Positions 40,683 through 51,269 of a stretch of DNA of 64,000 bases are shown in pieces (positions within the stretch are counted from its first letter, which is position 1; every line of letters begins with the position of its first letter). The notes below the pieces were generated by a model. That model was not told the DNA's origin. It saw nothing but the letters and a program-made list of their open reading frames with translations, and did no database searches. Origin of the DNA: an uncultured SAR86 cluster bacterium (GTDB lineage Bacteria > Pseudomonadota > Gammaproteobacteria > Magnimaribacterales > D2472); contig CACEJU010000004.1 in assembly GCA_902559885.1 (NCBI GenBank), forward strand, positions 4,526 to 68,525, given 5' to 3'. The position numbers were made by a program, and so were the translations under genes.

Positions 40683-43616
40683 ATGTCTAATAACATAAAA
40701 TCATTAACTATATTACTATCATCATTATTTCTATTTGCTTGTGGTGGTGGCAGCTCATCAATCGCATCACCAGGAGAGGCAGGACCGCTTTCTGATCCAA
40801 CTGGAACAGGAGGAACTGGAGGTGCTTCAAGTTCTGTTTTAACTGGAACATGTCCAGAATCTCCATTTATAACTAATGGTTCACCTGTAGCGGGAAATAC
40901 TGTATGTGCAATTCAAGGCCCAGTGACAGCTGATCTTACTTTGACAGATGATGTTATGTACAGAATGCTTGGAAAAGTTGATATCGGTATTGATATGGGT
41001 ACTGATGGTACAAAAGAGGGCGGTGTTTCTGCTTCATTAACTATACCAGCTGGTGTAGTGATAATGGGTAAGGTTTCTGATGATTATTTAGTGGTTAATA
41101 GAGGGTCTAAAATTATTGCAAATGGAACTAGGTCAAAACCAATAAGATTTACCCATAATACAGCTATAGAAGGGACTGTAGGTGATCTTGAAAGAGGTTT
41201 ATGGGGTGGAATTGTTATCCTTGGGCAAGCACCAATAAACAAGTGCACTTATGATAATGGTGTTAGACAAATACCTTGTGAAAGAGTTGTTGAAGGGTCA
41301 AATGCTTTAATGGGTGGAGAAAACCCATCTGATAATTCAGGCGTTCTTAATTTTGTAAGAGTCGAATATGCTGGATATGAGATATTTCCTGGTAATGAGC
41401 TTAACGGTATCACTTTTGGAGCAGTTGGCTCAGGTACCCAAGTTGATTATATTCAAGTTCATAACAACATGGATGATTGTGTGGAGTTTTTTGGCGGCAC
41501 AGTAAATGTAAAGCATTTAGTATGTACAAATGCGGGTGACGATAATCTTGATATTGATTGGGGTTATCAGGGTAAAATTCAATTTGTAGTCGTTAAGCAA
41601 AGCTCTGATAAATCAGATCATGTCGTAGAGTCTGATAACGTTAATTCAGATACAACTGTAGGTTACTTAACAGAACCAAGATCTAGACCTATGGTAGCTA
41701 ATTTTACATTTTTAGCTCAAGGTGCTGATGAGCCAATGAAGTTAAAAGAAGGTGTTTCTGGAATTTATTTAAATGGTGTTATAAAAACAAAAAATCCTGC
41801 CAATATATTTGAGTCTACTTATATAGAAACAATTCAAGATGGTGCAGATACCGATAAAATCCAGATGCATTCCATACTCGCAGATAATTCAGGAAATGCA
41901 TCAGTGTTTAAAGCAGGAGATGATTCGCATACAAATGCTGAATTAGAGGCTTCAATTCTTGAAAGAGCTACTCAATTGAAGATTGCCAATAGTACCCTTG
42001 TTGGCGAATATTTTCTAGGTGAAGCTGAATCATCAGTTCCTTCAGCATTTAGTATTGGGCAGGTTCCTGCTATTTGTGCAGTTGGAACACATCCAGCAGG
42101 AACTCCAACAGATTTATGTCCTAGTGTTGATGAAGACGATGGAGACCTTTTGTATGCTGTAAATACATGGTTTTCAGCAACTGATTATATTGGAGCTTTT
42201 TCACCAGGATCTGATTTAGAGAACAACTGGGCTGCAGGTTGGACATTAGGTTTATTTAGTGAGCCAGGCTGTCCAGATGGAACGCTTGAATCAGAAATAC
42301 TCCTTGGTAAAAAAGTATGTAGCCTTCAAGGAGCTATAGAAGATGATATAACTTTAACATCAGGTAATTACTATAAGTTAGATGGAAAAGTCGCAATTGG
42401 TATTGATGTTGGTGCCTCTGGTGACGCATCAGGTGGAAAAGCAGCAACATTAACTATTGAGCCTGGGGTAACGGTTTTCGGAGAATCTGGTAATGACTAT
42501 TTGGTTATTAATAGAGGTTCTAAAATAAATGCTGTAGGCACCGTTTCTGCCCCGATAATTATGACTGGAAGAGCAGATATCCTTGGTCAAGCTGATATTG
42601 TAACAACTCGAGGTTTATGGGGTGGTTTAGTAATACTTGGCAGATCACCTATTAATAAGTGTAGCTATGTTTCATCAGGAACTAGAGTAGATCCATGTGA
42701 AAGGGAAGTAGAAGGTTCAGCTGGTGACACTATGGGTGGCGAAGTACCAGATGACAATAGCGGAACAATAAAATATTTAAGAGTTCAATATGCTGGATAT
42801 GAAGTATTTCCAGGTAATGAATTAAATGGAATTACATTTGGTGGTGTAGGCTCTGGTACAACCGTAGACTATGTTCAGGTTCATAATAATGCTGATGATT
42901 GTGTTGAATTTTTTGGCGGAACAGTTGATGTAAAACACCTCATATGTACTGGTGCTGATGATGATAATCTTGATATTGATTGGGGTTATACAGGAAGATT
43001 ACAGTATGTGATTGTTCAACAATCTAACGATAAAGGTGATCATATTGTTGAGTCAGATAATACAAATGCTGATGCCACTGTTGGTTATTTAACTGAACCT
43101 AGATCTAATCCAATTGTGTCTAATTTTACTTTTATTAGTAAAGGCCATGATGACATTTTTAAATTGAAAGAGGGTGTATCAGGACAATACTATAATGGTA
43201 TCGCTGTTGTGAAAAACAATGTAACTGGTAAAAATACTAATTGCATTGAAACAACAAAAGCTGAAACAGTTTTAGCAGGAGCAAAAACAGGAACATTTTC
43301 AATGAATAGTGTTGCTATGGACTGTCCTGGATATATTAAAACCAATGACGGTGTTGAAATAGCAACAGTAGATGCAATTGTTAAAGCAGGTATCAATAAC
43401 TTATATGCACCTACTTCAGGTGGCGGTACTTATGCTAATACTTTATCAGGAATTGTAAACGGCTCAGCTGAATCAGCAGCTATAGCCACTGAAGTTCCTG
43501 TTATCTACAACACAGATGGTTTCTTTGATACAACTTCATATATTGGAGCTGTAAGCGGATCAACTGATACATGGTATAAAAATTGGACTTTGTCAGGAAC
43601 TATTGAGGTTCAGTAA
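40683..43616 (+). CDS. Large lipoprotein with two tandem homologous beta-helix-like modules (ElpS-like)
   Basis: Lipobox LFAC followed by a Gly/Ser/Thr linker with IASPG; each half carries DNSG...YAGYExFPGNELNGITFG...DDCVEFFGG...DDNLDIDWGY; GAGGAG RBS. Confidence 0.8.
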   Translation: MSNNIKSLTILLSSLFLFACGGGSSSIASPGEAGPLSDPTGTGGTGGASSSVLTGTCPESPFITNGSPVAGNTVCAIQGPVTADLTLTDDVMYRMLGKVDIGIDMGTDGTKEGGVSASLTIPAGVVIMGKVSDDYLVVNRGSKIIANGTRSKPIRFTHNTAIEGTVGDLERGLWGGIVILGQAPINKCTYDNGVRQIPCERVVEGSNALMGGENPSDNSGVLNFVRVEYAGYEIFPGNELNGITFGAVGSGTQVDYIQVHNNMDDCVEFFGGTVNVKHLVCTNAGDDNLDIDWGYQGKIQFVVVKQSSDKSDHVVESDNVNSDTTVGYLTEPRSRPMVANFTFLAQGADEPMKLKEGVSGIYLNGVIKTKNPANIFESTYIETIQDGADTDKIQMHSILADNSGNASVFKAGDDSHTNAELEASILERATQLKIANSTLVGEYFLGEAESSVPSAFSIGQVPAICAVGTHPAGTPTDLCPSVDEDDGDLLYAVNTWFSATDYIGAFSPGSDLENNWAAGWTLGLFSEPGCPDGTLESEILLGKKVCSLQGAIEDDITLTSGNYYKLDGKVAIGIDVGASGDASGGKAATLTIEPGVTVFGESGNDYLVINRGSKINAVGTVSAPIIMTGRADILGQADIVTTRGLWGGLVILGRSPINKCSYVSSGTRVDPCEREVEGSAGDTMGGEVPDDNSGTIKYLRVQYAGYEVFPGNELNGITFGGVGSGTTVDYVQVHNNADDCVEFFGGTVDVKHLICTGADDDNLDIDWGYTGRLQYVIVQQSNDKGDHIVESDNTNADATVGYLTEPRSNPIVSNFTFISKGHDDIFKLKEGVSGQYYNGIAVVKNNVTGKNTNCIETTKAETVLAGAKTGTFSMNSVAMDCPGYIKTNDGVEIATVDAIVKAGINNLYAPTSGGGTYANTLSGIVNGSAESAAIATEVPVIYNTDGFFDTTSYIGAVSGSTDTWYKNWTLSGTIEVQ
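40851..43590 (+). repeat. Intragenic tandem duplication (unit 1 ~40851-42245, unit 2 ~42270-43590)
   Basis: Collinear protein motifs from CP...VC to YIGA...W..WT in both halves; DNA stretch GATAATCTTGATATTGATTGGGGTTAT is present in both. Confidence 0.9.
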
Positions 43617-43641
43617 TTAATTAGATCAACTGGAGAAAGTA

Positions 43642-46287
43642 ATGATCATAGAAAACAATACAAAATTAATTCAAAAACTCATAAGAAATATCTCCTTGAT
43701 GTTCCTTCTTTTAATATTCTCTGTTGCTCTTCTTCAAGCTCAAGAAGTTGAAGAGGTTGTTGTTCAAGGAACATTTATTCCTGATGAGAAGCGAGATACA
43801 TCAGAGATATCAGCTATATTAGACTCATCAGAAATTGAAAGAACTGGTGATGATAATATAGCAGTTGCTCTTACAAGATTAACAGGTTTAAGCTTGGTAA
43901 GAGGTAAGTATGTTTATGTTAGGGGTCTAGGTGAAAGATATTCTGCTGCTACTCTTAATGGTCTAGGATTACCTAGTCCAGAGCCTTTAAAAAGAGTTGT
44001 GCCTTTAGATCTTTTCCCAACTCAAATTGTTGAATCATCAATAGTTCAAAAAACTTATTCTGCAGATATGCCTGGAGAGTTTGGTGGAGGTATTATTGAA
44101 ATTAATACAAAGGCTGTACCAGATGATAGAGTATTAAGCCTATCATTCTCAAGTGGTTTTAATAGCGCAGCATCATTAAAAGATGGTCTATTATATGAGG
44201 GTGGATCGGATGATGACTTTGGCTATGATGATGGAACAAGAAATATTCCAAACTTCATTCAAAATGCTATCAATCAAAATAAAAAATTAGATAGATCAAA
44301 TTTTACAACCTTTGAGCTTGCTAATGCTGGTAGAGAGTTTGAAAATTCAAATCTATGGGTTATTCAAGAAGGAAATATTCCTCTAGATTCCTCTGCAAAC
44401 CTTACATTCGGCAATCAAATAGATGCATCTAATTTTGAAGATATTTTTAATGCTTCAGGTTTATCAATGGGTTACATTGCTACTTTTGGTATCAGAAATT
44501 CTTGGGATCACAAAGAGGGAATTAGACAAACTGGTGATATTCAAGGACAAGGAGATGGAACATCCAACGTAATTATTTCAAATGATAAAACATTTAGAAG
44601 TACATCTAATGATGTCACAACTTATGGCATGGTAGTTTTAGGTGCAGAAACTGATGCAACTGAGATTAAATATACAGGATTAAAAATTCACAAAGGTTCA
44701 AAGGAAGCTCGTATTCTTGAGGGATACGATTCTAGTGATTCTGGTAATGTTAGAGAAGATTTTACTGAATTTTTTGAAAGAGAACTAACCAATCATCAGT
44801 TAAATTTTTCTACTTATTTTGACAATGGTATGACTTTAGAAATCAAAGGATCTACTGGAGAAGCATCAAGGAATGCACCTTACGAGAGAGTTGTTTTTTA
44901 TGAAGACACTAATGATCTTGGTTATTGGAGATATGATGTTAATACTGGAAGAAATCAAACACAATTTAGCTATGTAGAGGATGAAATAGACAATATTGGT
45001 ATTGATCTTCAAATACCATTAACGATTAGTGATACTGAAGTAGAGTTAAAATTTGGTTCTGAACTTAAAGAAAATTACAGAGAAGCTGAAGTAAGAAGTT
45101 TTAGATTTTTAGCTGAAGGTGGTCCAATACCTACTGAGGGATTAGATAATAGAATCGACTATATTTTTGCTGACAAAAATTTTGATCCATCAAGATTAAT
45201 AGTAATTGAAAATACAGCTGCATCATCACCAGCTGGTTATCTTGGTGACCTTAAAACAAAAGCATTTTATATTTCAGCAGATGCATATTTAAATGAAAAC
45301 TTTCGTTTAGCATTAGGTTTAAGAAATGAACATGGAGAACAATCCGTGAATACATATGATGTATTTCAGCCAAATGATGGTTCGATAGAAAGATTAATAG
45401 ATGAATCATACTCATTACCATCTTTTACCCTTACATACCTTCCAGATTTTGATGAAAATCTTCAATTGAGATTCGGTGTCTCAAAAACAATTGCAAGGCC
45501 TACATTCAGAGAATTATCACCAACATTATTCGTTGATGTGGATACAGATAGAGTAGTTGCAGGATCCTTGTACTTAGAAAATTCTGAAATTGATAATATA
45601 GATTTAAGACTTGAGTATTATTGGGGTTTCAATCAGTTTGCTACCATAGGTTTTTTTATTAAAGATATAGAAAAACCTATAGAAGAAGTTGTAAATGAAT
45701 CAGGCGACTTAGTGATCACATCATTTCAAAATGTTCCTGCCGCTGAGTTAAGAGGATTTGAGATAGAGTACGAAAGACTATTTGATAGCTTATTACCTAA
45801 CTTGAATTGGGCAAAAACAAAAGAATTTCTTATAAAAATGAATTTTACTCAAACAGAATCTGAAGTTGTGTACGCAGCAGATGATGTTTATATTAATTCA
45901 CAAGGCGCTCCTGTTCTTGCATCTAATCTTTTCTTAAATGGAAGAGACACAAGATTGCAAGGTCAATCAGATCAAATTGCCAATCTTCAGTTTGGTTATG
46001 ATGATTTGCAAAATGGATCAAGTGCAACATTAATAATTAATTATGTATCTGACAGAGTCAGAGCAAGAGGTATAGATGTTTTACCAGATGTTATAGAAGA
46101 GCCACCCTTGCTAGTTGATTTTGTTTATTCAAGAGATATATCATTTAGTAATAACGATATGTCTATTTCACTTGAGCTAAGAAATCTTTTAGATGAAGAA
46201 TATTATGCCGCAATGGCAAATACTGCTATCTATGATCAATACGACCTAGGTAGATCTATTTCGATTGGTTTTAAATTTAACTTTTAA
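43642..46287 (+). CDS. TonB-dependent receptor
   Basis: Signal peptide; EEVVVQG TonB box; plug motif YVYVRGLGERYS...PSPEP..RVVPLDLFP; C-terminal FKFNF. Confidence 0.95.
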   Translation: MIIENNTKLIQKLIRNISLMFLLLIFSVALLQAQEVEEVVVQGTFIPDEKRDTSEISAILDSSEIERTGDDNIAVALTRLTGLSLVRGKYVYVRGLGERYSAATLNGLGLPSPEPLKRVVPLDLFPTQIVESSIVQKTYSADMPGEFGGGIIEINTKAVPDDRVLSLSFSSGFNSAASLKDGLLYEGGSDDDFGYDDGTRNIPNFIQNAINQNKKLDRSNFTTFELANAGREFENSNLWVIQEGNIPLDSSANLTFGNQIDASNFEDIFNASGLSMGYIATFGIRNSWDHKEGIRQTGDIQGQGDGTSNVIISNDKTFRSTSNDVTTYGMVVLGAETDATEIKYTGLKIHKGSKEARILEGYDSSDSGNVREDFTEFFERELTNHQLNFSTYFDNGMTLEIKGSTGEASRNAPYERVVFYEDTNDLGYWRYDVNTGRNQTQFSYVEDEIDNIGIDLQIPLTISDTEVELKFGSELKENYREAEVRSFRFLAEGGPIPTEGLDNRIDYIFADKNFDPSRLIVIENTAASSPAGYLGDLKTKAFYISADAYLNENFRLALGLRNEHGEQSVNTYDVFQPNDGSIERLIDESYSLPSFTLTYLPDFDENLQLRFGVSKTIARPTFRELSPTLFVDVDTDRVVAGSLYLENSEIDNIDLRLEYYWGFNQFATIGFFIKDIEKPIEEVVNESGDLVITSFQNVPAAELRGFEIEYERLFDSLLPNLNWAKTKEFLIKMNFTQTESEVVYAADDVYINSQGAPVLASNLFLNGRDTRLQGQSDQIANLQFGYDDLQNGSSATLIINYVSDRVRARGIDVLPDVIEEPPLLVDFVYSRDISFSNNDMSISLELRNLLDEEYYAAMANTAIYDQYDLGRSISIGFKFNF

Positions 46288-46304
46288 TATCTATTTTTTA
46301 TAAT

Positions 46305-46332
46305 AAATGAGCTACACTAGTAGCTCATTTTT
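46305..46332 (+). terminator. Terminator-like hairpin directly before the gspC start
   Basis: AAATGAGCTAC-ACTA-GTAGCTCATTT followed by TT; gspC ATG at 46336. Confidence 0.7.
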
Positions 46333-46335
46333 ATT

Positions 46336-46746
46336 ATGCAAAATTTAAAATACTTAAAATATATTCTATTAATTCCATTGGTTATTATGGTGATATATTT
46401 TACCGTATCTTTATTTGCTATTAGCTCGCTTAATACTGATATAAAAAATGTAAAGAAGATTTCTTTTAATGAACAAATTCCTAGTAAAAACACCAATCAA
46501 TCAAATGCCCCTGAAATTAACAAACCTCAAGAAATTAGTAGTGCATTTAATTATAAATTAATTGGTTACTTGGCTGGATCAACCGATTCATCAATTATAT
46601 TAAAAAAAGGCTCAAATGAATTTTTAGTTAGAGTTGGTGAAGAAATTGATTCATATATTTTAGAAACTGTTACAAAAGATGAAGTAGTCTTTAGTTTACA
46701 AGGTAAGTTATATAAAATTGAAAATAACGTTGGTAAAAACAAATGA
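46336..46746 (+). CDS. gspC: Type II secretion protein C-like (short, no PDZ)
   Basis: N-terminal TM; HR-domain-like YKLIG...SIIL...VGEEI..Y.LE.V..DEVV; directly precedes gspD. Confidence 0.65.
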   Translation: MQNLKYLKYILLIPLVIMVIYFTVSLFAISSLNTDIKNVKKISFNEQIPSKNTNQSNAPEINKPQEISSAFNYKLIGYLAGSTDSSIILKKGSNEFLVRVGEEIDSYILETVTKDEVVFSLQGKLYKIENNVGKNK

Positions 46747-48584
46747 AAAACATAAAAAATAAATTATATTTTCTTCTGTTATTTTTTGTAACTGTAGAAC
46801 TTTATGCTCAAGAAACATTCATTTTAAATTATGAAGAAGTAGATATAAAAAAAGTTACTCAAGATATTGCACAATTTTCTAAAAAAACAATTATTTTAGA
46901 TCCTAGAGTTAAAGGAAAAATTTCAATATATTCAAATGCAACCTTAGATAGAGATCAGGTTTGGAATGTTTTTTTAAGAACAATACAGGTTAATGGTTTT
47001 AGCGCAATATCAGATAATGGTTTTGTGAGAATTGTTCCTGAGAATGAAGCAACAAGAGACCTAAACTTTGCATTAGATGAGAGGGCTGATTATGTAACTG
47101 AAATAATTGCTCTTAAAAATAGGGGTACTGACGAAGTTCTTCCTATGTTAAAACCTATTACCGGAAGACAATCTCATTTATCCAGCATTCCCTCTATCAA
47201 TTCACTATTAATAGTTGATAGATCAAGTAATGTTGAAAGAATAAAGGATCTATTGAAAGATCTTGATAGAAACAATACTGCTAAAATTTCTATCATTGAA
47301 CTCTCAAGATTATCAGCTACTGAGGCTGTTAGAATTCTTGATAGACTCAAGGCCCAAAACAACCCGGCTATCAATAAGTTCATAGCTATTCCATTCACTC
47401 CATCTAATTCAGTAATAGTTTCAGCAAATGATTACATTACAAATAATATTAGAGATACCCTTAAGCAGCTTGATGATGATGTTAAAACAGATAGCTCAAT
47501 AGAAGTTATCTATTTAAAGTTTGCTAAAGCTCAAGAGGTTGCCTCGATCTTAAGTTCAGTATCTAGCAGGTTTAAAAATTCAAATGAAAGAGATCAAACT
47601 GTTATTACTCATCATGAAAAGACCAATTCATTAGTAATTTCATCAGATCAAAATAATATTAATAATATTAAAAATTTAATCTCAAAGCTTGATATAAGAA
47701 GGGCGCAGGTTCTTGTTGAAGCAATAATTGTTGAGTTATCTGAAACAGCAGCAAATACTCTTGGTGTTGAAAGTGTTTTTTCAGGTGCCAATTCTGAAGA
47801 AATACCAATTGGAATGACAAGACTTAATAGTAGTGGTCCTGATTTAGTTTCAATTATTGGCTCAGCATCTGATGAAGATAATGCTGCACTTTCATCTAGC
47901 GCAGTTGCTTCCATATTAAACTCAAAAGGTTTGGTAGCTGGTATTGGTGATCTTACACCTGGTGAGGATAATTTTGCAGCAATTGTGAATGCAATTCAGG
48001 AAGATAAGAATTCAAATATCCTATCAAAACCTTCTATTCTAGCTATGGATAATGAGACTGCTAAATCTTCAGATGGTCAGGAAATCCCAGTTACAACTGG
48101 TGAAAGCTTAGGATCAAATAATCAAAATCCATTTAGAACTACTTCTAGGCAAGAAGTTGGTATTAGTTTAGAGGTAACTCCACAGATAAATGAAGGAAAC
48201 TCAGTTTTATTAGATATCAAGATAGAGGTATCAGGGGTTGCAGGAGTCGTTTCCTCAGGAGTTGATTTAATTACTAATAAAAGAACAATTGAAACTACAG
48301 CATTGGTTGAAAATAATGAGATTATGGTTCTTGGTGGTTTGATAGACGAAGATCTTCAAGAAAATGTAAATAAGGTACCTGTATTAGGCTCTATACCTAT
48401 ATTTGGAAAACTGTTCCAGAGCTCATCGGAGTCAGCAGTCAAAAGAAATCTAATGATTTTTATTAAACCTAGTATTATGACTGATGCAGAATCATCGGAA
48501 TTGATTTCATCAGAAAAATATAATTATATTAAAGCTGAGCAAATAATTAGCGGCAAAGAAAACTTGTTAGAAGAATTAGAATAA
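46743..48584 (+). CDS. gspD: Type II secretion secretin D
   Basis: IILDPRVKGKI, LDIRRAQVLVEAIIVE, LEVTPQINEG and KVPVLGSIPIFGKLF motifs. Confidence 0.95.
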   Translation: MKNIKNKLYFLLLFFVTVELYAQETFILNYEEVDIKKVTQDIAQFSKKTIILDPRVKGKISIYSNATLDRDQVWNVFLRTIQVNGFSAISDNGFVRIVPENEATRDLNFALDERADYVTEIIALKNRGTDEVLPMLKPITGRQSHLSSIPSINSLLIVDRSSNVERIKDLLKDLDRNNTAKISIIELSRLSATEAVRILDRLKAQNNPAINKFIAIPFTPSNSVIVSANDYITNNIRDTLKQLDDDVKTDSSIEVIYLKFAKAQEVASILSSVSSRFKNSNERDQTVITHHEKTNSLVISSDQNNINNIKNLISKLDIRRAQVLVEAIIVELSETAANTLGVESVFSGANSEEIPIGMTRLNSSGPDLVSIIGSASDEDNAALSSSAVASILNSKGLVAGIGDLTPGEDNFAAIVNAIQEDKNSNILSKPSILAMDNETAKSSDGQEIPVTTGESLGSNNQNPFRTTSRQEVGISLEVTPQINEGNSVLLDIKIEVSGVAGVVSSGVDLITNKRTIETTALVENNEIMVLGGLIDEDLQENVNKVPVLGSIPIFGKLFQSSSESAVKRNLMIFIKPSIMTDAESSELISSEKYNYIKAEQIISGKENLLEELE

Positions 48585-48592
48585 AGTTAGCT

Positions 48593-50086
48593 ATGTTAGA
48601 TTTTGAAAAAGCTACAAAACTTCTTCCCTATGAGTTTACTAAAGATAACAATATCATTGCTTTTCAAGATGATGATTTAATTGAAGTCTTGCACTGTGAA
48701 GAAATCAATATACAGCTTTATACTGAAATTAGAAGATATATAGGAACTTCATTCAAACTTACGAAGTTATCGCAAATAGAGTTTAATGACATACTAACAT
48801 CTAACTTTGCAGCTGATGAAGATCAAAATAATGATATTGCTGAAGAACTCGATGATGAATTTAATCTCGAAGAGTTTGCCGGTTCAATTAATGCTACAGA
48901 GGACCTCCTTAGCGGTAGCAATGATGCTCCTATCATAAAACTTATAAATGGAATTATAAGCAAAGCAATCAAATCTAGAGCTAGTGACATACATTTTGAG
49001 CCATACGAGGATCAGCTTATTGTTAGATATAGAGTAGATGGAATTATGCAACAAGTATTATCTCAAGAGAGTAAACTCTCATCTGTTTTAATATCTAGAA
49101 TTAAAATAATGTCTGGTTTGGATATTTCTGAAAGAAGGCTTCCACAAGATGGAAGGGTATCTTTATCATTAGGTGATAAAAGTATTGATGTAAGGGTTTC
49201 AACTTTACCTTCTTCATATGGTGAAAGAATTGTATTAAGAATACTAGATAAAAATACATCACAAATTAATATATCTGATCTTGGTTTTCCTGAATCTATT
49301 CTTAACTCTTATAAATCTTCTCTAAGAAATTCTGAGGGTATTATTTTAATTACAGGCCCAACAGGCTCAGGCAAAACAACTACCCTATATGCAGGTTTAA
49401 GATCTCTAAGCGATTCTTCTCAGAACATCCTTACCGTTGAAGATCCTATTGAATATACATTAAAGGGAATTGGTCAAACACAAGTAAATGATAAGACTGG
49501 ATATACTTTTGCTAGAGGTCTTAGAGCAATATTAAGGCAAGACCCTGATGTGGTTATGGTCGGAGAGATGAGAGATATTGAAACAGCTGAAATAGGAATT
49601 CAGGCTAGCTTAACTGGGCATTTAGTCCTATCAACTGTGCATACTAATTCAGCCATAGCTGCTATAACTAGATTGAGAGACATGGGAATTGAGTCATTCT
49701 TGCTTTCCTCAAGTCTTAAAACGATTATTTCGCAAAGATTAGTAAGAAGGTTGTGCAACCAATGTAAAACAAAAACAAAAACAGATGCAGATATTTCCTC
49801 ATCCTTTCATATACCAATAGATAAAGACATATACAAAGCAAATGGTTGTGAGCATTGTAATATGACAGGGTATCAAGGCAGAATCGCAATATCTGAATGT
49901 GTGGAAGTTGATAAAAAATTGAAAGATCTTATTCATAATAACGCTTCTGAAAATGAAATGAATGAGTATGTTTTTAAAAATACTAAATCCATCGATCAGG
50001 TTTCTATTGAATTAGTATTAAATGGAACTACTTCAATTGAAGAATTAATTAGAATTAATAATATCAAGGATAATGGCGACTTATAG
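48593..50086 (+). CDS. gspE: Type II secretion ATPase E
   Basis: ASDIHFEP, GPTGSGKTTTLY, LRQDPDVVMVGEMRD and CxxC...CxxC motifs. Confidence 0.96.
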   Translation: MLDFEKATKLLPYEFTKDNNIIAFQDDDLIEVLHCEEINIQLYTEIRRYIGTSFKLTKLSQIEFNDILTSNFAADEDQNNDIAEELDDEFNLEEFAGSINATEDLLSGSNDAPIIKLINGIISKAIKSRASDIHFEPYEDQLIVRYRVDGIMQQVLSQESKLSSVLISRIKIMSGLDISERRLPQDGRVSLSLGDKSIDVRVSTLPSSYGERIVLRILDKNTSQINISDLGFPESILNSYKSSLRNSEGIILITGPTGSGKTTTLYAGLRSLSDSSQNILTVEDPIEYTLKGIGQTQVNDKTGYTFARGLRAILRQDPDVVMVGEMRDIETAEIGIQASLTGHLVLSTVHTNSAIAAITRLRDMGIESFLLSSSLKTIISQRLVRRLCNQCKTKTKTDADISSSFHIPIDKDIYKANGCEHCNMTGYQGRIAISECVEVDKKLKDLIHNNASENEMNEYVFKNTKSIDQVSIELVLNGTTSIEELIRINNIKDNGDL

Positions 50087-51269
50087 TTATATTGCCTTTG
50101 ATGTAGATGGTAAAAAGAAAAAAGGCTTTGTATCAGCTCAAAGTGAAAAAATAGCAAGAGCAGAGTTAAAAAAGTTAAATCTCAAGGCTCATACTGTTAA
50201 AGAATCAAATAAAGATATTTCTAAAAACACCAAAATCAAAGAGAAAGATCTTTCAGTAGCTACTAGACAGCTTGCGACATTACTCGATGCTAATTTATCT
50301 ATTAATGATGCTCTAAAAATAACGGCAGATCAAATAAATAATAAAAAACTAGCAGAAGTATTTTATATACTTAGAGAAGAAATTATTCAGGGAAAACGAC
50401 TTGCTAGTTCAATGGCCAAGTTCCCAAACATTTTTTCAAGCACCTATATATCTTTAGTTGCCGCTGGTGATTCATCCGGTAATCTATCTAAGATTTTTAA
50501 TGATTTAGCAGAATACCTAGAAGACTCAATTGGCACAAGGCAAAAAATAATGAGTGCCTTAACATATCCAATAATACTTTTTTCTTTTTCTATATTGGTA
50601 ATAATTGGATTACTAATCTTTGTTTTACCTACTGTGGTTGATCAATTTACAAGGTCTGGAACAGAGTTACCCGCATTAACATCATTCTTATTGACAATTT
50701 CAAACAACATTTTTTTGATTATGGTCACAATATTTTTAATTGGTATTTCAATTTTTTTAGTTTATAAAAATTTCATTAGAAACCCTAAAAATCATATTTC
50801 TGCTCATTTAAAATTTTTAAAAATTCCATTGCTTGGAAAATTTTTGTTATATGTTCAGCTTGAAAGATATACGAAAACAATGTCATTACTTCTTGCATCA
50901 GGCTTAAATTTAGATAAAGCAATGATTGATGGTCAGGTAGTTGTTACAAATAAATATATTGAAGACACTCTTTCGGAGATAAAAAATAATGTTTTAGAAG
51001 GAAAGGATTTTGCTATTGCTATTCAAAAAGATGGTATCTTTCCTGATATTTTTAAACAACTTATCTCAAGCGGATATAGATCAGGAAATTTATCTAAAAT
51101 GTTTTTAAAAACATCTATATATTTAAAAAATGAAATTGAATCAAAGAGATCTATTTTTCTTTCTTTATTAGATCCTTTTGTGATAATTTTTATGGGTGGA
51201 TTTATAATGCTTATTGTTCTAGCTATACTTATCCCTATAATGCAAATGAACACTTTAACTTTAGGATAA
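50073..51269 (+). CDS. gspF: Type II secretion inner-membrane platform protein F
   Basis: TRQLATLL, ALTYP and IVLAILIPI motifs. Confidence 0.94.
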   Translation: MATYSYIAFDVDGKKKKGFVSAQSEKIARAELKKLNLKAHTVKESNKDISKNTKIKEKDLSVATRQLATLLDANLSINDALKITADQINNKKLAEVFYILREEIIQGKRLASSMAKFPNIFSSTYISLVAAGDSSGNLSKIFNDLAEYLEDSIGTRQKIMSALTYPIILFSFSILVIIGLLIFVLPTVVDQFTRSGTELPALTSFLLTISNNIFLIMVTIFLIGISIFLVYKNFIRNPKNHISAHLKFLKIPLLGKFLLYVQLERYTKTMSLLLASGLNLDKAMIDGQVVVTNKYIEDTLSEIKNNVLEGKDFAIAIQKDGIFPDIFKQLISSGYRSGNLSKMFLKTSIYLKNEIESKRSIFLSLLDPFVIIFMGGFIMLIVLAILIPIMQMNTLTLG

